Source of the DNA: a virus
Direction: 5' to 3' (one strand)
Virus record (IMG/VR): IMGVR_UViG_3300026290_000001
Length of the DNA: 64,000 nucleotides
Made by a program: the position numbers and the translations under genes
The notes under the pieces: model-generated
What the model was told of the DNA's origin: nothing
What the model saw: only the letters and a program-made list of their open reading frames with translations
Database searches by the model: none
Shown: piece by piece, positions 52,004 through 60,826 of the stretch
How positions within the stretch are numbered: the stretch's first letter is position 1
How the letters are laid out: every line of letters begins with the position of its first letter

Positions 52004-53210
52004 ACTCTAAAAAATTAAGTCCTAATTCTTTAAAATCATTCATTACATTATATTTATAATTACGTACTTTATAATGTGAATACAATAAAGAACCACTTCT
52101 ACTTTCTCGAATTCGTTTTCTAGGCATCATTAAAATATATCTATTTGCACCTTTTGATTCAACAAATTTTAATTCCTTTAATATCAATTTTGCAAGATTA
52201 AGAATATTATCAGGATAATTATTAACCATTTTAAATCTAATATTATCAAGTTTATGATCATCTTCTAAAAATAATAGATAAATAGGTTTATTATTAAATC
52301 GAGATAGTTCTTGCTTTAATTTATTTAATTCTAATTTTCTTTCTTCTTTATGTTTTTGGAATTGTTTAAAATATGATTCTTCATTTTTTCTAATAGTTTC
52401 TTGTCTTTTTAACTCTTTTTCCTTCTTTTTATCAGAATATTGTTTATTTTTATTAAATACTTCTTCTGAAAGTAAAAAATTATTATTTTTAAAAATGAGT
52501 CCATTAATATCAATAATATATTTCTTAATATCTTTATCAAAAGATATTAATTTATTATGCAACAAATGTCTTTTCTCGTTATCATAATATTTACCATTTG
52601 CAATTTTAAATCTAAAATCACTTAAGCCCAATATATTCAAATGAGTATAATTAAACATAAATAATTTGTACATTGGATCAAAATAAAAACCTGTAAATTG
52701 TTCTATTGCTTTATCTCTAAACCTATTTCCTATTTCTGCTTTTTCAATATATTTATCCGTCCCTAAAATCCAAATATCATTTATATCTGCTAATTTATAT
52801 AATTCATGTCTTTCTAAACATTCTGTTGCTATTGGACTACATTGAAATTCGAAAACAAATCTTTTATCACCTATTTCAAAATACAAATCAGGTCTTTGCC
52901 TAGTTTCTGGTATATATGATTCTAACTTTATATTTGATAAACCATCTTGCTTTAACAACCAATTATAAAGCATTATTTTACCTTTAATATGTTCGTCTGT
53001 TTCAGGTTCATAATAAATACCTTCACAATTAATATTTTTTTCTTTATGTCTAAAATATGGATAAACTATTTCTCCGTGACAATACTCATAAAAATTACCA
53101 CAATCGGGACAAAGTAATCTATTTTCTTCAGACCATTTTTTTAGAATAAATTTATCATATTTACCATCAAAACAATTAATAATTGTATTACCAATCTTAC
53201 AAGTTAACAA
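51966..53210 (-). CDS. CoiA-like nuclease-family protein
   Basis: LLCPDCGNFYEYCHGEIVYPYFRHK..ETDEHIKGKIMLYNWL..LESYIPETRQRPDLYF..FVFEFQCSPI..ERHELY..DIWILG follows the CoiA pattern (CP.C..HF.H..ES.EH...K..E..qRPD..iE.Q.S..eR...Y...Wil). Confidence 0.7.
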   Translation of the reverse strand: MLTCKIGNTIINCFDGKYDKFILKKWSEENRLLCPDCGNFYEYCHGEIVYPYFRHKEKNINCEGIYYEPETDEHIKGKIMLYNWLLKQDGLSNIKLESYIPETRQRPDLYFEIGDKRFVFEFQCSPIATECLERHELYKLADINDIWILGTDKYIEKAEIGNRFRDKAIEQFTGFYFDPMYKLFMFNYTHLNILGLSDFRFKIANGKYYDNEKRHLLHNKLISFDKDIKKYIIDINGLIFKNNNFLLSEEVFNKNKQYSDKKKEKELKRQETIRKNEESYFKQFQKHKEERKLELNKLKQELSRFNNKPIYLLFLEDDHKLDNIRFKMVNNYPDNILNLAKLILKELKFVESKGANRYILMMPRKRIRESRSGSLLYSHYKVRNYKYNVMNDFKELGLNFLEYEDLLEAKNIDK

Positions 53211-53226
53211 TAAAATTATTCCTCCT

Positions 53227-53466
53227 TTAAACAGACAATATAAAAGCTAAAAAACAAAATGCGATAATGCCAATCACTATATTTGCAGTTGTATTTGCAA
53301 CCGGATCAATAGTATTATTATTATTTTGCTTTACACTTGAATTTAAATAAAAATTACTATTCCTTTTTGCATTTCTCTTTTTTCTATCATTCTCTCTTAA
53401 TGCATAAGTAACTCCTCTTGCTATTGACCTATTTAAAACTCCATAATTTCTGGGTCTCATCATCAT
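53227..53466 (-). CDS. tail-anchored small membrane protein
   Basis: Basic N-terminus and a single C-terminal TM (IVIGIIAFCFLAFILSV). Confidence 0.4.
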   Translation of the reverse strand: MMMRPRNYGVLNRSIARGVTYALRENDRKKRNAKRNSNFYLNSSVKQNNNNTIDPVANTTANIVIGIIAFCFLAFILSV

Positions 53467-53486
53467 AATTTTTATTCCAACCTTCC

Positions 53487-53702
53487 TTAATTAATACCCA
53501 CAATATCATCCATATCCTGTGCCAACTCACTATAATATTCTTTCTTACATTCCCAATCACACCAAGGTGTTTCTGATCCTTCAGGTAATTGTTTAGAACA
53601 TTTCCAACAGTATTTAAACAATTTTTCCTTAACTTTAAATCTACCGAAACTAGTATTATTAATACCATTATTATATTTATCTTTTATTTCTCTCATTTCC
53701 AT
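53487..53702 (-). CDS. small zinc-finger protein
   Basis: CWKCSKQLPEGSETPWCDWEC. Preferred over the overlapping ORF at 53429-53668. Confidence 0.4.
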   Translation of the reverse strand: MEMREIKDKYNNGINNTSFGRFKVKEKLFKYCWKCSKQLPEGSETPWCDWECKKEYYSELAQDMDDIVGIN

Positions 53703-53997
53703 ATTTCCTTCTCTTTCTAATTACTATTTGCAATACCTCATCTGTATTATTAAACAACAATAAATCTAAATTATTGCCACATACAAAATTAGATACAATT
53801 CCATCTTTGTCTACTTTTTTCATAACCGCCCCATCTTCCTCAAAAAGCAAACTGCTCCCTTTAATTATTTTTATGTATGCTTGTTCTTTTGCCATATATA
53901 TACCATCTAATAAATTTGAAATATTAATTATACCTGTCTCATCTTCCAATTCAAATTCTGCATTATCGTTATAAATTAACTGACCGTATAATATCAT
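53677..53997 (-). CDS. hypothetical protein
   Basis: 106-aa ORF preceded by RBS GGAGG. No motif recognised. Confidence 0.4.
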   Translation of the reverse strand: MILYGQLIYNDNAEFELEDETGIINISNLLDGIYMAKEQAYIKIIKGSSLLFEEDGAVMKKVDKDGIVSNFVCGNNLDLLLFNNTDEVLQIVIRKRRKYGNERNKR

Positions 53998-54102
53998 ATA
54001 TAAACCTCCAATTTTTTATTTAATTCTCAGCCTACATTCTTAAACTTTAAATCTTACCTAACCCCCCTAAATTTTTATACACATTTTTACTATACTTACT
54101 GT

Positions 54103-54188
54103 AGAATTTCACTCTAAATTCAACGTGAATATGTTTTATGAAGTTCTATATGGTTAGAGTAGCAAAAGCGTTTTTAGAGTGAAATTCT
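54103..54188. repeat. perfect 16-bp inverted repeat with 54-nt spacer
   Basis: AGAATTTCACTCTAAA (54103-54118) pairs with TTTAGAGTGAAATTCT (54173-54188). The right arm overlaps the methyltransferase stop codon. Confidence 0.8.
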
Positions 54189-55014
54189 ATTGATTAGATA
54201 GTAATTTTTCTTTATGTTCCCTTACACGTTTAATTGCTAAATTAAAATATTGATCATGTGGTTCACTCAGACTCCATTCAAAACCTATGTAATTTCTTTC
54301 AGTATTTAAACAAGCTATCGCTGTTGTGCCTGAACCTATGCAATTATCTAAGACTAAATCTCCTTCATTTGTATATGTTTTAATTAGATATTCAAATAAT
54401 TTTACTGGTTTTTGAGTGGGGTGTGGTAATTTTTCTTTAGAATTTGAATTAACTATAGGATTATATATTACAGTTGATGGATTTTTTAATTTTGCATTGT
54501 ACACATCATAACTTCTTCCAGCATAATCTGTATTAAAAACAATTTCATTATCTTTTCTTTTTGAGATAGAACTTCTAAAATTAATATTATTATTTTCTTG
54601 CATTTGTTTCATTCTTTCGCTTTTACGTTCTATCATTTGTCTATTATATGTATATTTATTTTTTGCAAATATTAATATATTTTCATGATATTTTAAATGT
54701 CTATATTTTGCATTTGCAAAATTACTCGCTCTATCTTTTTCCCATATTAGTTCTTCTTTAAACCAATCAATATTACTACAAATTAATTTGCTTGTAAATG
54801 GTTGACTTGCTGTTAATACTATAGCACCATTATCTTTTATAATTCTTTTATACTGTTCCCAAAGTTTATCAAAAGAAATTAAACTATCCCATTTTGCTAT
54901 TGTAGTTCCATAAGGTAGATCACATAAAATCATATCTATACTTTTATCAGGTAATAAACACATACCATTTTCACCAATACAATCTTCGTTATAAATAGTA
55001 TTTAATTTAATCAA
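54187..55014 (-). CDS. DNA methyltransferase (beta-class N6A/N4C type), orphan
   Basis: Motif IV CDLPYGTT comes first, then HPTQKPVKL and motif I DNCIGSGTTAIAC. No adjacent restriction gene. Confidence 0.85.
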   Translation of the reverse strand: MIKLNTIYNEDCIGENGMCLLPDKSIDMILCDLPYGTTIAKWDSLISFDKLWEQYKRIIKDNGAIVLTASQPFTSKLICSNIDWFKEELIWEKDRASNFANAKYRHLKYHENILIFAKNKYTYNRQMIERKSERMKQMQENNNINFRSSISKRKDNEIVFNTDYAGRSYDVYNAKLKNPSTVIYNPIVNSNSKEKLPHPTQKPVKLFEYLIKTYTNEGDLVLDNCIGSGTTAIACLNTERNYIGFEWSLSEPHDQYFNLAIKRVREHKEKLLSNQ

Positions 55015-55089
55015 TTATGTATTATTCCTCCTATATTTATATTACTAAAATAATACTACGACTCAAAATTAAAAAATTATTTCTTACTC

Positions 55090-55413
55090 TTAATCTTTTT
55101 TCTCTTTCTTTTCCTTAGATTTTTTTGCCTTTTGTAATCTTTCTCCCATTTCTTTCTTTTGAGCCTCAGTTAACTTTTTCTTTTTGGTTGGTGCTCTAAA
55201 TGAAATCAACTTCTTATCACAAACAAATTCTTTTCCCACTAATTCATTATCTTCATCAAATTGATCACTAACATGCTGATATGATTCAGGATACTGTTTA
55301 CAAAGTTTATCCAGTTTGTTTAAATCTGCACGAATAAAAGTTATTATTTGTGCTTTTTTAGAATCTTCATCAATCCCTACGCAAGTATAACGCTCCATTT
55401 TTTCTAATGCCAT
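55090..55413 (-). CDS. hypothetical lysine-rich protein
   Basis: 107 aa with a basic C-terminal tail (KKKKLTEAQKKEMGERLQKAKKSKEKKEKKD). Confidence 0.4.
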   Translation of the reverse strand: MALEKMERYTCVGIDEDSKKAQIITFIRADLNKLDKLCKQYPESYQHVSDQFDEDNELVGKEFVCDKKLISFRAPTKKKKLTEAQKKEMGERLQKAKKSKEKKEKKD

Positions 55414-55454
55414 ATGTATAAATTCCTTCTTTCATTTTTATATTAATAAAATAA

Positions 55455-56204
55455 TTAAAATTCCACTAATCTATTTTTCGCTATTTCACAATATTTTTCT
55501 TCTAATTCAATTCCAATACATTTACGTTTAAGATTTCGTGCCGCCAATAAAGTTGTTCCTGAACCACAGGTAAAATCTAAAATAAGATCGTTTTCATTTG
55601 TGTATGTATTAATTAAATATTCCATTAATTCTAATGGTTTTTGTGTAGGATGAAATAAATTATTATTTGGATTTGCAAAATTTAATATATTTTTAGGATA
55701 ACCTTTAGCATTACTATTTCCAAAATGCTTTTCTTTCCCAAAAGTATATTCTCCATCCACTTTATTTTCTCTACTTGGTCTATTATTATTAAATTCTCCA
55801 TAAATTAACCCTTGCGGATTATAAATGCATTGATTTTTATAAAAAACTAAAACATCTTCTATTGCTCTCATTGGTTGTTTTTTAGCATTTAAATGACCAC
55901 TTGGTTTAGTTTTTATCCATTTCCAATCATATTTATATTCTTTAATATTACTAATTCTTAAAAAACTACTAAAAGGTTCTCCTCCAAACAATAATGTAGG
56001 TGTTGTATTTTTTGTTAATTTATGTAATCTATCCCACATGTCATTAAATTTGATAATTTCATCCCATTTACATTTAGTAGTACCGTATGGTGGGTCAGTA
56101 ATTATTGCATCAAATTTAATACCTTTCTCAATAATCTTATCCATTACCTCTAAACAATCACCTTGAAATAATCTTATGTATTCGTCTTTATAGTATAATT
56201 TCAA
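55455..56204 (-). CDS. DNA methyltransferase (beta-class), tandem paralogue 1
   Basis: ITDPPYGTT, HPTQKPLEL and LDFTCGSGTTLLAA. TTG start. The N-terminal ~48 aa and C-terminal ~66 aa are near-identical to the gene at 56249-57034, while the centre differs. Confidence 0.9.
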   Translation of the reverse strand: MKLYYKDEYIRLFQGDCLEVMDKIIEKGIKFDAIITDPPYGTTKCKWDEIIKFNDMWDRLHKLTKNTTPTLLFGGEPFSSFLRISNIKEYKYDWKWIKTKPSGHLNAKKQPMRAIEDVLVFYKNQCIYNPQGLIYGEFNNNRPSRENKVDGEYTFGKEKHFGNSNAKGYPKNILNFANPNNNLFHPTQKPLELMEYLINTYTNENDLILDFTCGSGTTLLAARNLKRKCIGIELEEKYCEIAKNRLVEF

Positions 56205-56248
56205 TTTATGTAAATATATCTCCTTTCATTTTTATATTAATAAAATAA

Positions 56249-57034
56249 TTAAAATTCCACTAATCTATTTTTCGCTATTTCACAATATTTTTCTTCTAAT
56301 TCAATTCCAATACATTTACGTTTAAGATTTCTTGCCGCTAACAATGTTGTCCCTGAACCACAGGTAAAATCTAAAATAAGTTCGTTTTCTTTTGTGTATG
56401 TATTAATAAGGTATTCTAATAGTTCAATTGGTTTTTGAGTCGGATGTAATTTTTTCCCTGACATACTAGCGTTGCTTAAAGTATAAATACTTGTTGGATG
56501 TCTATCTTTATATTCTTTATGCCCCAAGTCTTTTATGGTATGTCCTTCTCTTAATGTGCTATTTCTTGAACCATAAAATGTTTTATTAACTTTTTTTATA
56601 TCATCTCGTTTTGTTTTTTGAGGATAATAATTCATTTCATTACCTTTTGAGAAAACTGCTTTTGCTTTACTAAAAATTAAAATATTTTCATGTACTCTAC
56701 CTACTTGAAAATTCATCATTTGAAAATTAGATGGTTTTACTTTATCCCAAATAATTTCATATCTAAATAGTTGAGGATTACTCATAATTAAAGCACTCGT
56801 AAAAGGTTGAGAACCATTCAATACTATTGCACCTTTATCTTTGATTAATTGAGTAATTTTATCCCACATCTTATCAAAAGGAATTATCGTGTCCCATTTA
56901 CATGCTGTAGTACCATAAGGTGGATCAGTTATTATCGCATCAAATTCAATACCTTTCTCAATCAATTTATCCATCACTTCTAAACAGTCACCTTGAAACA
57001 ATCTTATGTATTCATCTTTATAGTATAATTTCAT
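56249..57034 (-). CDS. DNA methyltransferase (beta-class), tandem paralogue 2
   Basis: ITDPPYGTT, HPTQKPIEL and LDFTCGSGTTLLAA. The last 43 aa are identical to paralogue 1. Confidence 0.9.
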   Translation of the reverse strand: MKLYYKDEYIRLFQGDCLEVMDKLIEKGIEFDAIITDPPYGTTACKWDTIIPFDKMWDKITQLIKDKGAIVLNGSQPFTSALIMSNPQLFRYEIIWDKVKPSNFQMMNFQVGRVHENILIFSKAKAVFSKGNEMNYYPQKTKRDDIKKVNKTFYGSRNSTLREGHTIKDLGHKEYKDRHPTSIYTLSNASMSGKKLHPTQKPIELLEYLINTYTKENELILDFTCGSGTTLLAARNLKRKCIGIELEEKYCEIAKNRLVEF

Positions 57035-57107
57035 TTATGTAAAAATTTCACTTCCTTTTTATATTTATATTTATAAAATAATAAAATCCTAAAATCTAAT
57101 AAATAAA

Positions 57108-57293
57108 TTATATATATCTCCTACTATCACGTTTTCCCAACTTGTCAAATAATCCACATAGTTTTAAATACCTAACCCCCTCTCTTGTTAGTTTATTATT
57201 TAAAATTAAATAGGTTTTTGGTTTGGGTGTAGTGTTAGTGTTTATTGTATTTATCATATAGTTATTCCTTTCTATATTTTGATGTTTTGTCAC
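57108..57293 (-). CDS. hypothetical protein
   Basis: 61-aa ORF with weak support. Confidence 0.3.
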   Translation of the reverse strand: MTKHQNIERNNYMINTINTNTTPKPKTYLILNNKLTREGVRYLKLCGLFDKLGKRDSRRYI

Positions 57294-57377
57294 TTGGTTA
57301 TTTAGTTACTTAATTACTTGTATTTATTATAGCAGGGAAGAGGTGAAAAATCAAGGGTATTTATATTAAGAATTTAA

Positions 57378-58139
57378 TTAATTTTGATTATTATTTTTTT
57401 GTGTTTCACTTCTTTGTAAATTAGATTGAATTTTATCAGTGTAGACCAAACCTTGTACTTCTACCTCGCATTTAACTTGGTTATTAAAATTCTTTTTGTC
57501 GTCATATAGACCAATAAAAGTAGTGCAATAATGCTTTTCTTTTGTCCAAAAATCATTATTGTACCTAATTAAATGCAATTCATCTTGAAGTATTTTATTA
57601 TATCGTTGGATGGTACGGGAATCAGTCACCAATTGTTTTAATTTTCCTTGTGTTAAATATCCAAAATTGTTTTGAGTATTAGTTGCTCTTCTACAGGCAA
57701 TGAAATATCTTATCAAACTAAATTTTCCCAAATTGGAACTGCTCAAATATTCAAATATACTATCTATCTCTTTATTTTTAATAATCAAATAATCATTAGC
57801 AGGGGTAGGTGGCAATTCAACATAAAAAAGAAAATTTTTATTAATAATATCATCTGTAGAAATAATATTATAACGTAAATCATAAAAATTAATTATTATT
57901 TTTTTATCTTTCAAAGAAGATAGTACATTTATTAATGTTTTTACAATTCGTTTGTTAGAATTACTATTTATATACATATAATCACAAAGCATTTCTATAT
58001 TACATAAACTAATTGAATGATAATATATATAATTTCTATATAATAAAATAAGTACTGTTAATTCTTCGTTAGATATATTTAAGTCATCATACCATTTATT
58101 AGGTATTATAATAGTTGACTCTTGTAAATTGCTATTCAT
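57378..58139 (-). CDS. hypothetical protein
   Basis: 253-aa ORF in the early/middle region. No motif recognised. Confidence 0.4.
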   Translation of the reverse strand: MNSNLQESTIIIPNKWYDDLNISNEELTVLILLYRNYIYYHSISLCNIEMLCDYMYINSNSNKRIVKTLINVLSSLKDKKIIINFYDLRYNIISTDDIINKNFLFYVELPPTPANDYLIIKNKEIDSIFEYLSSSNLGKFSLIRYFIACRRATNTQNNFGYLTQGKLKQLVTDSRTIQRYNKILQDELHLIRYNNDFWTKEKHYCTTFIGLYDDKKNFNNQVKCEVEVQGLVYTDKIQSNLQRSETQKNNNQN

Positions 58140-58156
58140 ATAGTATAAAATCTCCT

Positions 58157-58351
58157 TTAATAGTTTTTATATTTTTCTTTAAGTAAAAGAAGATCACTAA
58201 CTGCATTATTAAATGCTGTAGTTTCAACAAATGAATATTTAATGATTTCTTTTCGAGAATTATTATCAATTTCATTAAATTTATAATATCTAAATCCTAA
58301 AAATGAAAGTGCTTCGGCCAGATATTTTTTATGTATTACCCGATAAGTCAT
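58157..58351 (-). CDS. hypothetical protein
   Basis: 64-aa ORF preceded by RBS AAAGGAG. It is the first gene downstream of the operator cluster. Confidence 0.4.
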   Translation of the reverse strand: MTYRVIHKKYLAEALSFLGFRYYKFNEIDNNSRKEIIKYSFVETTAFNNAVSDLLLLKEKYKNY

Positions 58352-58392
58352 GTTTTGCAGATACTCCTTTATTGTTAAAATTTTTATTGCAT

Positions 58393-58480
58393 CACCATTT
58401 TGGTGTCAAAATCTTAGGTTTGAATGTAAAGTAACACCATTTTGGTGATGCAATACGCAGAAAGTAACACCAAAAAGGTG
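58393..58480 (-). promoter_or_regulatory. three CACC-N5-GGTG operator-like palindromes overlapping a TTGACA -35
   Basis: CACCATTTTGGTG at 58393-58405 and 58435-58447, and CACCAAAAAGGTG at 58468-58480. Centres are 42 and 33 bp apart. On the minus strand, TTGACA (58404-58409), 17 nt, then TAAAAA overlaps site 1. Confidence 0.5.
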
Positions 58481-58602
58481 ACAAGAACACAGTGAATATA
58501 TTATTAAATAGTATATATTATTAAATTAATTATAAATTAATATTTTTTGCTTACGCAATAACCAAATTGTTTTATGTATATATTTATATTAATGAAATAA
58601 TA

Positions 58603-59526
58603 CTAAGGAATAATACCGTATTGTTCATATAAATGTTTTTGCGGAGCAAATTCACCGAAATATTTCTTTTCTGCTTCTAGTCTTGCTTTGATTGCATCAT
58701 CTTTATTTATAAATGAACCCAAATATATTTGTTGTTTATTACATGTTATTTTAGCAACCCATTTATTATTTTGATTAAAAGAAACACCAATAAGTCCAGA
58801 AAATTTAGATACTTCTTTATTCATTCCATTTTGACTTTTAGTTGCAATTCTTAAAAATTCTTTTCTATTATCATTTACATTATGGAATATATGATCAACT
58901 TCTACTTTTTTATCATCTAAACAATTCATTACAAATCTATGCATAAAGACAATACGAGTTTCGTTTAAGTGTGTTATTAAATATCCATCTTTATCAGTAA
59001 ACCAATAATAATTTTTTATTTTATGATAATCTTCTAAATCAAAATAAAATTCTTCTCCTTTTAAAGTGTATCCAATTCCGTATTCTCCAGATAAATCATA
59101 TGTATTATATTTTTTATTAGTTTTACTTACTATTTCTTTTTGTAAACAACCGCAAGATTTAGTTTTATTTGCTCTTAATCTATTACCTGAAACTAATATT
59201 AAACTATTTTCTCCTCCGCAATCACATTGACACCACCATTGAATTTCTTTAAAACCACTTGGAGAAATATAATCTTCTCCTCGTTTTAAAACTGTCAATC
59301 TTTCAAATTTTTGTCCTGTTAAATCTTGAAAATATTTAGATGTACAACCACATGATTGAGTATTGCCTGATTTTAAATTACCTCCTTTAACAATAATTTC
59401 TTTTCCATCACAATCACATTTACATAACCATTGAGTAGAACCTTGTACATTGTTTTCTGCTCTTTCTATCACTGTTAATTTACCAAACTTTTGTCCAATT
59501 AAATTTTTAACTTTACCTTTAGGCAA
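58603..59526 (-). CDS. HNH homing endonuclease with AP2 DNA-binding domain
   Basis: Two N-terminal GQKF(G/E)(K/R)LTV..CxCDC modules. HNH_3 core VEVDHIFHNVNDNRKEFLRIATKSQN. AP2-like GVSFNQNNKWVAKITCNKQQIYLGSF..DDAIKARLEAE. TTG start after GAAGGAGG. Confidence 0.85.
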   Translation of the reverse strand: MPKGKVKNLIGQKFGKLTVIERAENNVQGSTQWLCKCDCDGKEIIVKGGNLKSGNTQSCGCTSKYFQDLTGQKFERLTVLKRGEDYISPSGFKEIQWWCQCDCGGENSLILVSGNRLRANKTKSCGCLQKEIVSKTNKKYNTYDLSGEYGIGYTLKGEEFYFDLEDYHKIKNYYWFTDKDGYLITHLNETRIVFMHRFVMNCLDDKKVEVDHIFHNVNDNRKEFLRIATKSQNGMNKEVSKFSGLIGVSFNQNNKWVAKITCNKQQIYLGSFINKDDAIKARLEAEKKYFGEFAPQKHLYEQYGIIP

Positions 59527-59644
59527 TAGTAAACCTCCTTCAAATATATAATATATTTATATTAATAAATTAATTTTATATTTTCATATTTTCATATTTT
59601 CATAATTATCACCTCGCAATCTATATAATTAATAGTATTATAAT

Positions 59645-59693
59645 ATAAAAATAAAAATACGTCAATACTATAATTTAATTAGTTTGACGTATT
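59645..59693 (-). terminator. intrinsic terminator after the recombinase gene
   Basis: 10-bp inverted repeat AATACGTCAA/TTGACGTATT (59656-59693) followed on the minus strand by TTTATTTTTAT. Confidence 0.55.
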
Positions 59694-59713
59694 AATTTAT
59701 AATTTGTTCCATA

Positions 59714-60592
59714 TTAAATAGCACAATTATTCATACTTTTTCTTATATCATCTTGTGAAGGATGTAAATATATTTGAGTAGTAGAAAGCGAACCATGACC
59801 AAGTATCTGCTGAAGAGCCTTGAGATTCCCACCATTTTCTAAAAAATTAGTAGCAAATACATGTCTTAATGAATGACAAGTTATTACATTACTATGTTTG
59901 TTAAATATTCTTTCAACACTACTACTTTCTAATTTTTCACTTTTGTTGCTTAAAAATAAATATTTACTTCCTAATACATTATAAGCATACTTATAATTCT
60001 TTCTATCATCAATCGCTTTTTTAATAATCTCAATAGCAGTTTCATTCAATGGTATTATTCTTTGCTTACTTCCCTTACCAATAACTTTAAGATTCTTTCT
60101 TTTAAAATTAATATCATCCAACTCAATATTTAATGCTTCAGATATTCTTAAGCCAGTATTCAGAAGTAAAGCAACTATATAATAATTCCTATCACATTCA
60201 TTCTTCCTTATTCTTTCCATAAATTTTATTGCTTCAGATTTAGTAATACTAGTTGGAGATGTTAATTGTTTTTGTATGCGTATATAATCCTGTCCCAATA
60301 TCACCAAACTATCCTGATACCCCATCTTAACCAAAAATTCATTATAACTTTTCAAAGCACTTAACCTTCTATTTATTGTCTTAGCATCAACATTTCTTTC
60401 TTTAAGTAAATATTCCTTATACTCCGCAATCTGATCTCTACTAATAATCTGGGGTTCAATTCCAAAATACTCAAAAAACAAACCAATATCATGAGAATAA
60501 GATTTTATTGTATTGATAGATTTACCTTGTTCTACTAGGTGGTTGATGTATTCGGTTAAATAATTTTCATTTGCAACGAGATTCATATTCAT
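59714..60592 (-). CDS. tyrosine recombinase (XerC/XerD-like)
   Basis: Core-binding N-terminus (SINTIKSYSHDIGLFFEYF). Catalytic segments TGLRISEAL, HSLRHVFAT and LGHGSLSTTQIYLH. Confidence 0.9.
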   Translation of the reverse strand: MNMNLVANENYLTEYINHLVEQGKSINTIKSYSHDIGLFFEYFGIEPQIISRDQIAEYKEYLLKERNVDAKTINRRLSALKSYNEFLVKMGYQDSLVILGQDYIRIQKQLTSPTSITKSEAIKFMERIRKNECDRNYYIVALLLNTGLRISEALNIELDDINFKRKNLKVIGKGSKQRIIPLNETAIEIIKKAIDDRKNYKYAYNVLGSKYLFLSNKSEKLESSSVERIFNKHSNVITCHSLRHVFATNFLENGGNLKALQQILGHGSLSTTQIYLHPSQDDIRKSMNNCAI

Positions 60593-60826
60593 AATTTATC
60601 TCTCCTTTAGATTAATAATATAATTTAATATAAGTATATGCTTTGGTTAAATTAATCATACAATATAATTTAAATTATTGCAAGTAAAATATAAAAATAA
60701 ATATAAATATTTTATTTCAATGAATAATATCCTTTCTATTGGTTAATTTATATGAAACAAGTTTCTTATGTAGTGGGTTGGGATAAACCCAATCGCAAGG
60801 AGAACACAGGTTTTATAATATTCATA

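Noticed and set aside
53429-53668. A 79-aa minus-strand ORF overlapping both 53227-53466 and 53487-53702.
   Set aside because: It overlaps two better-supported ORFs (a zinc-finger peptide and a tail-anchored membrane protein) in a different frame, and it has no RBS.
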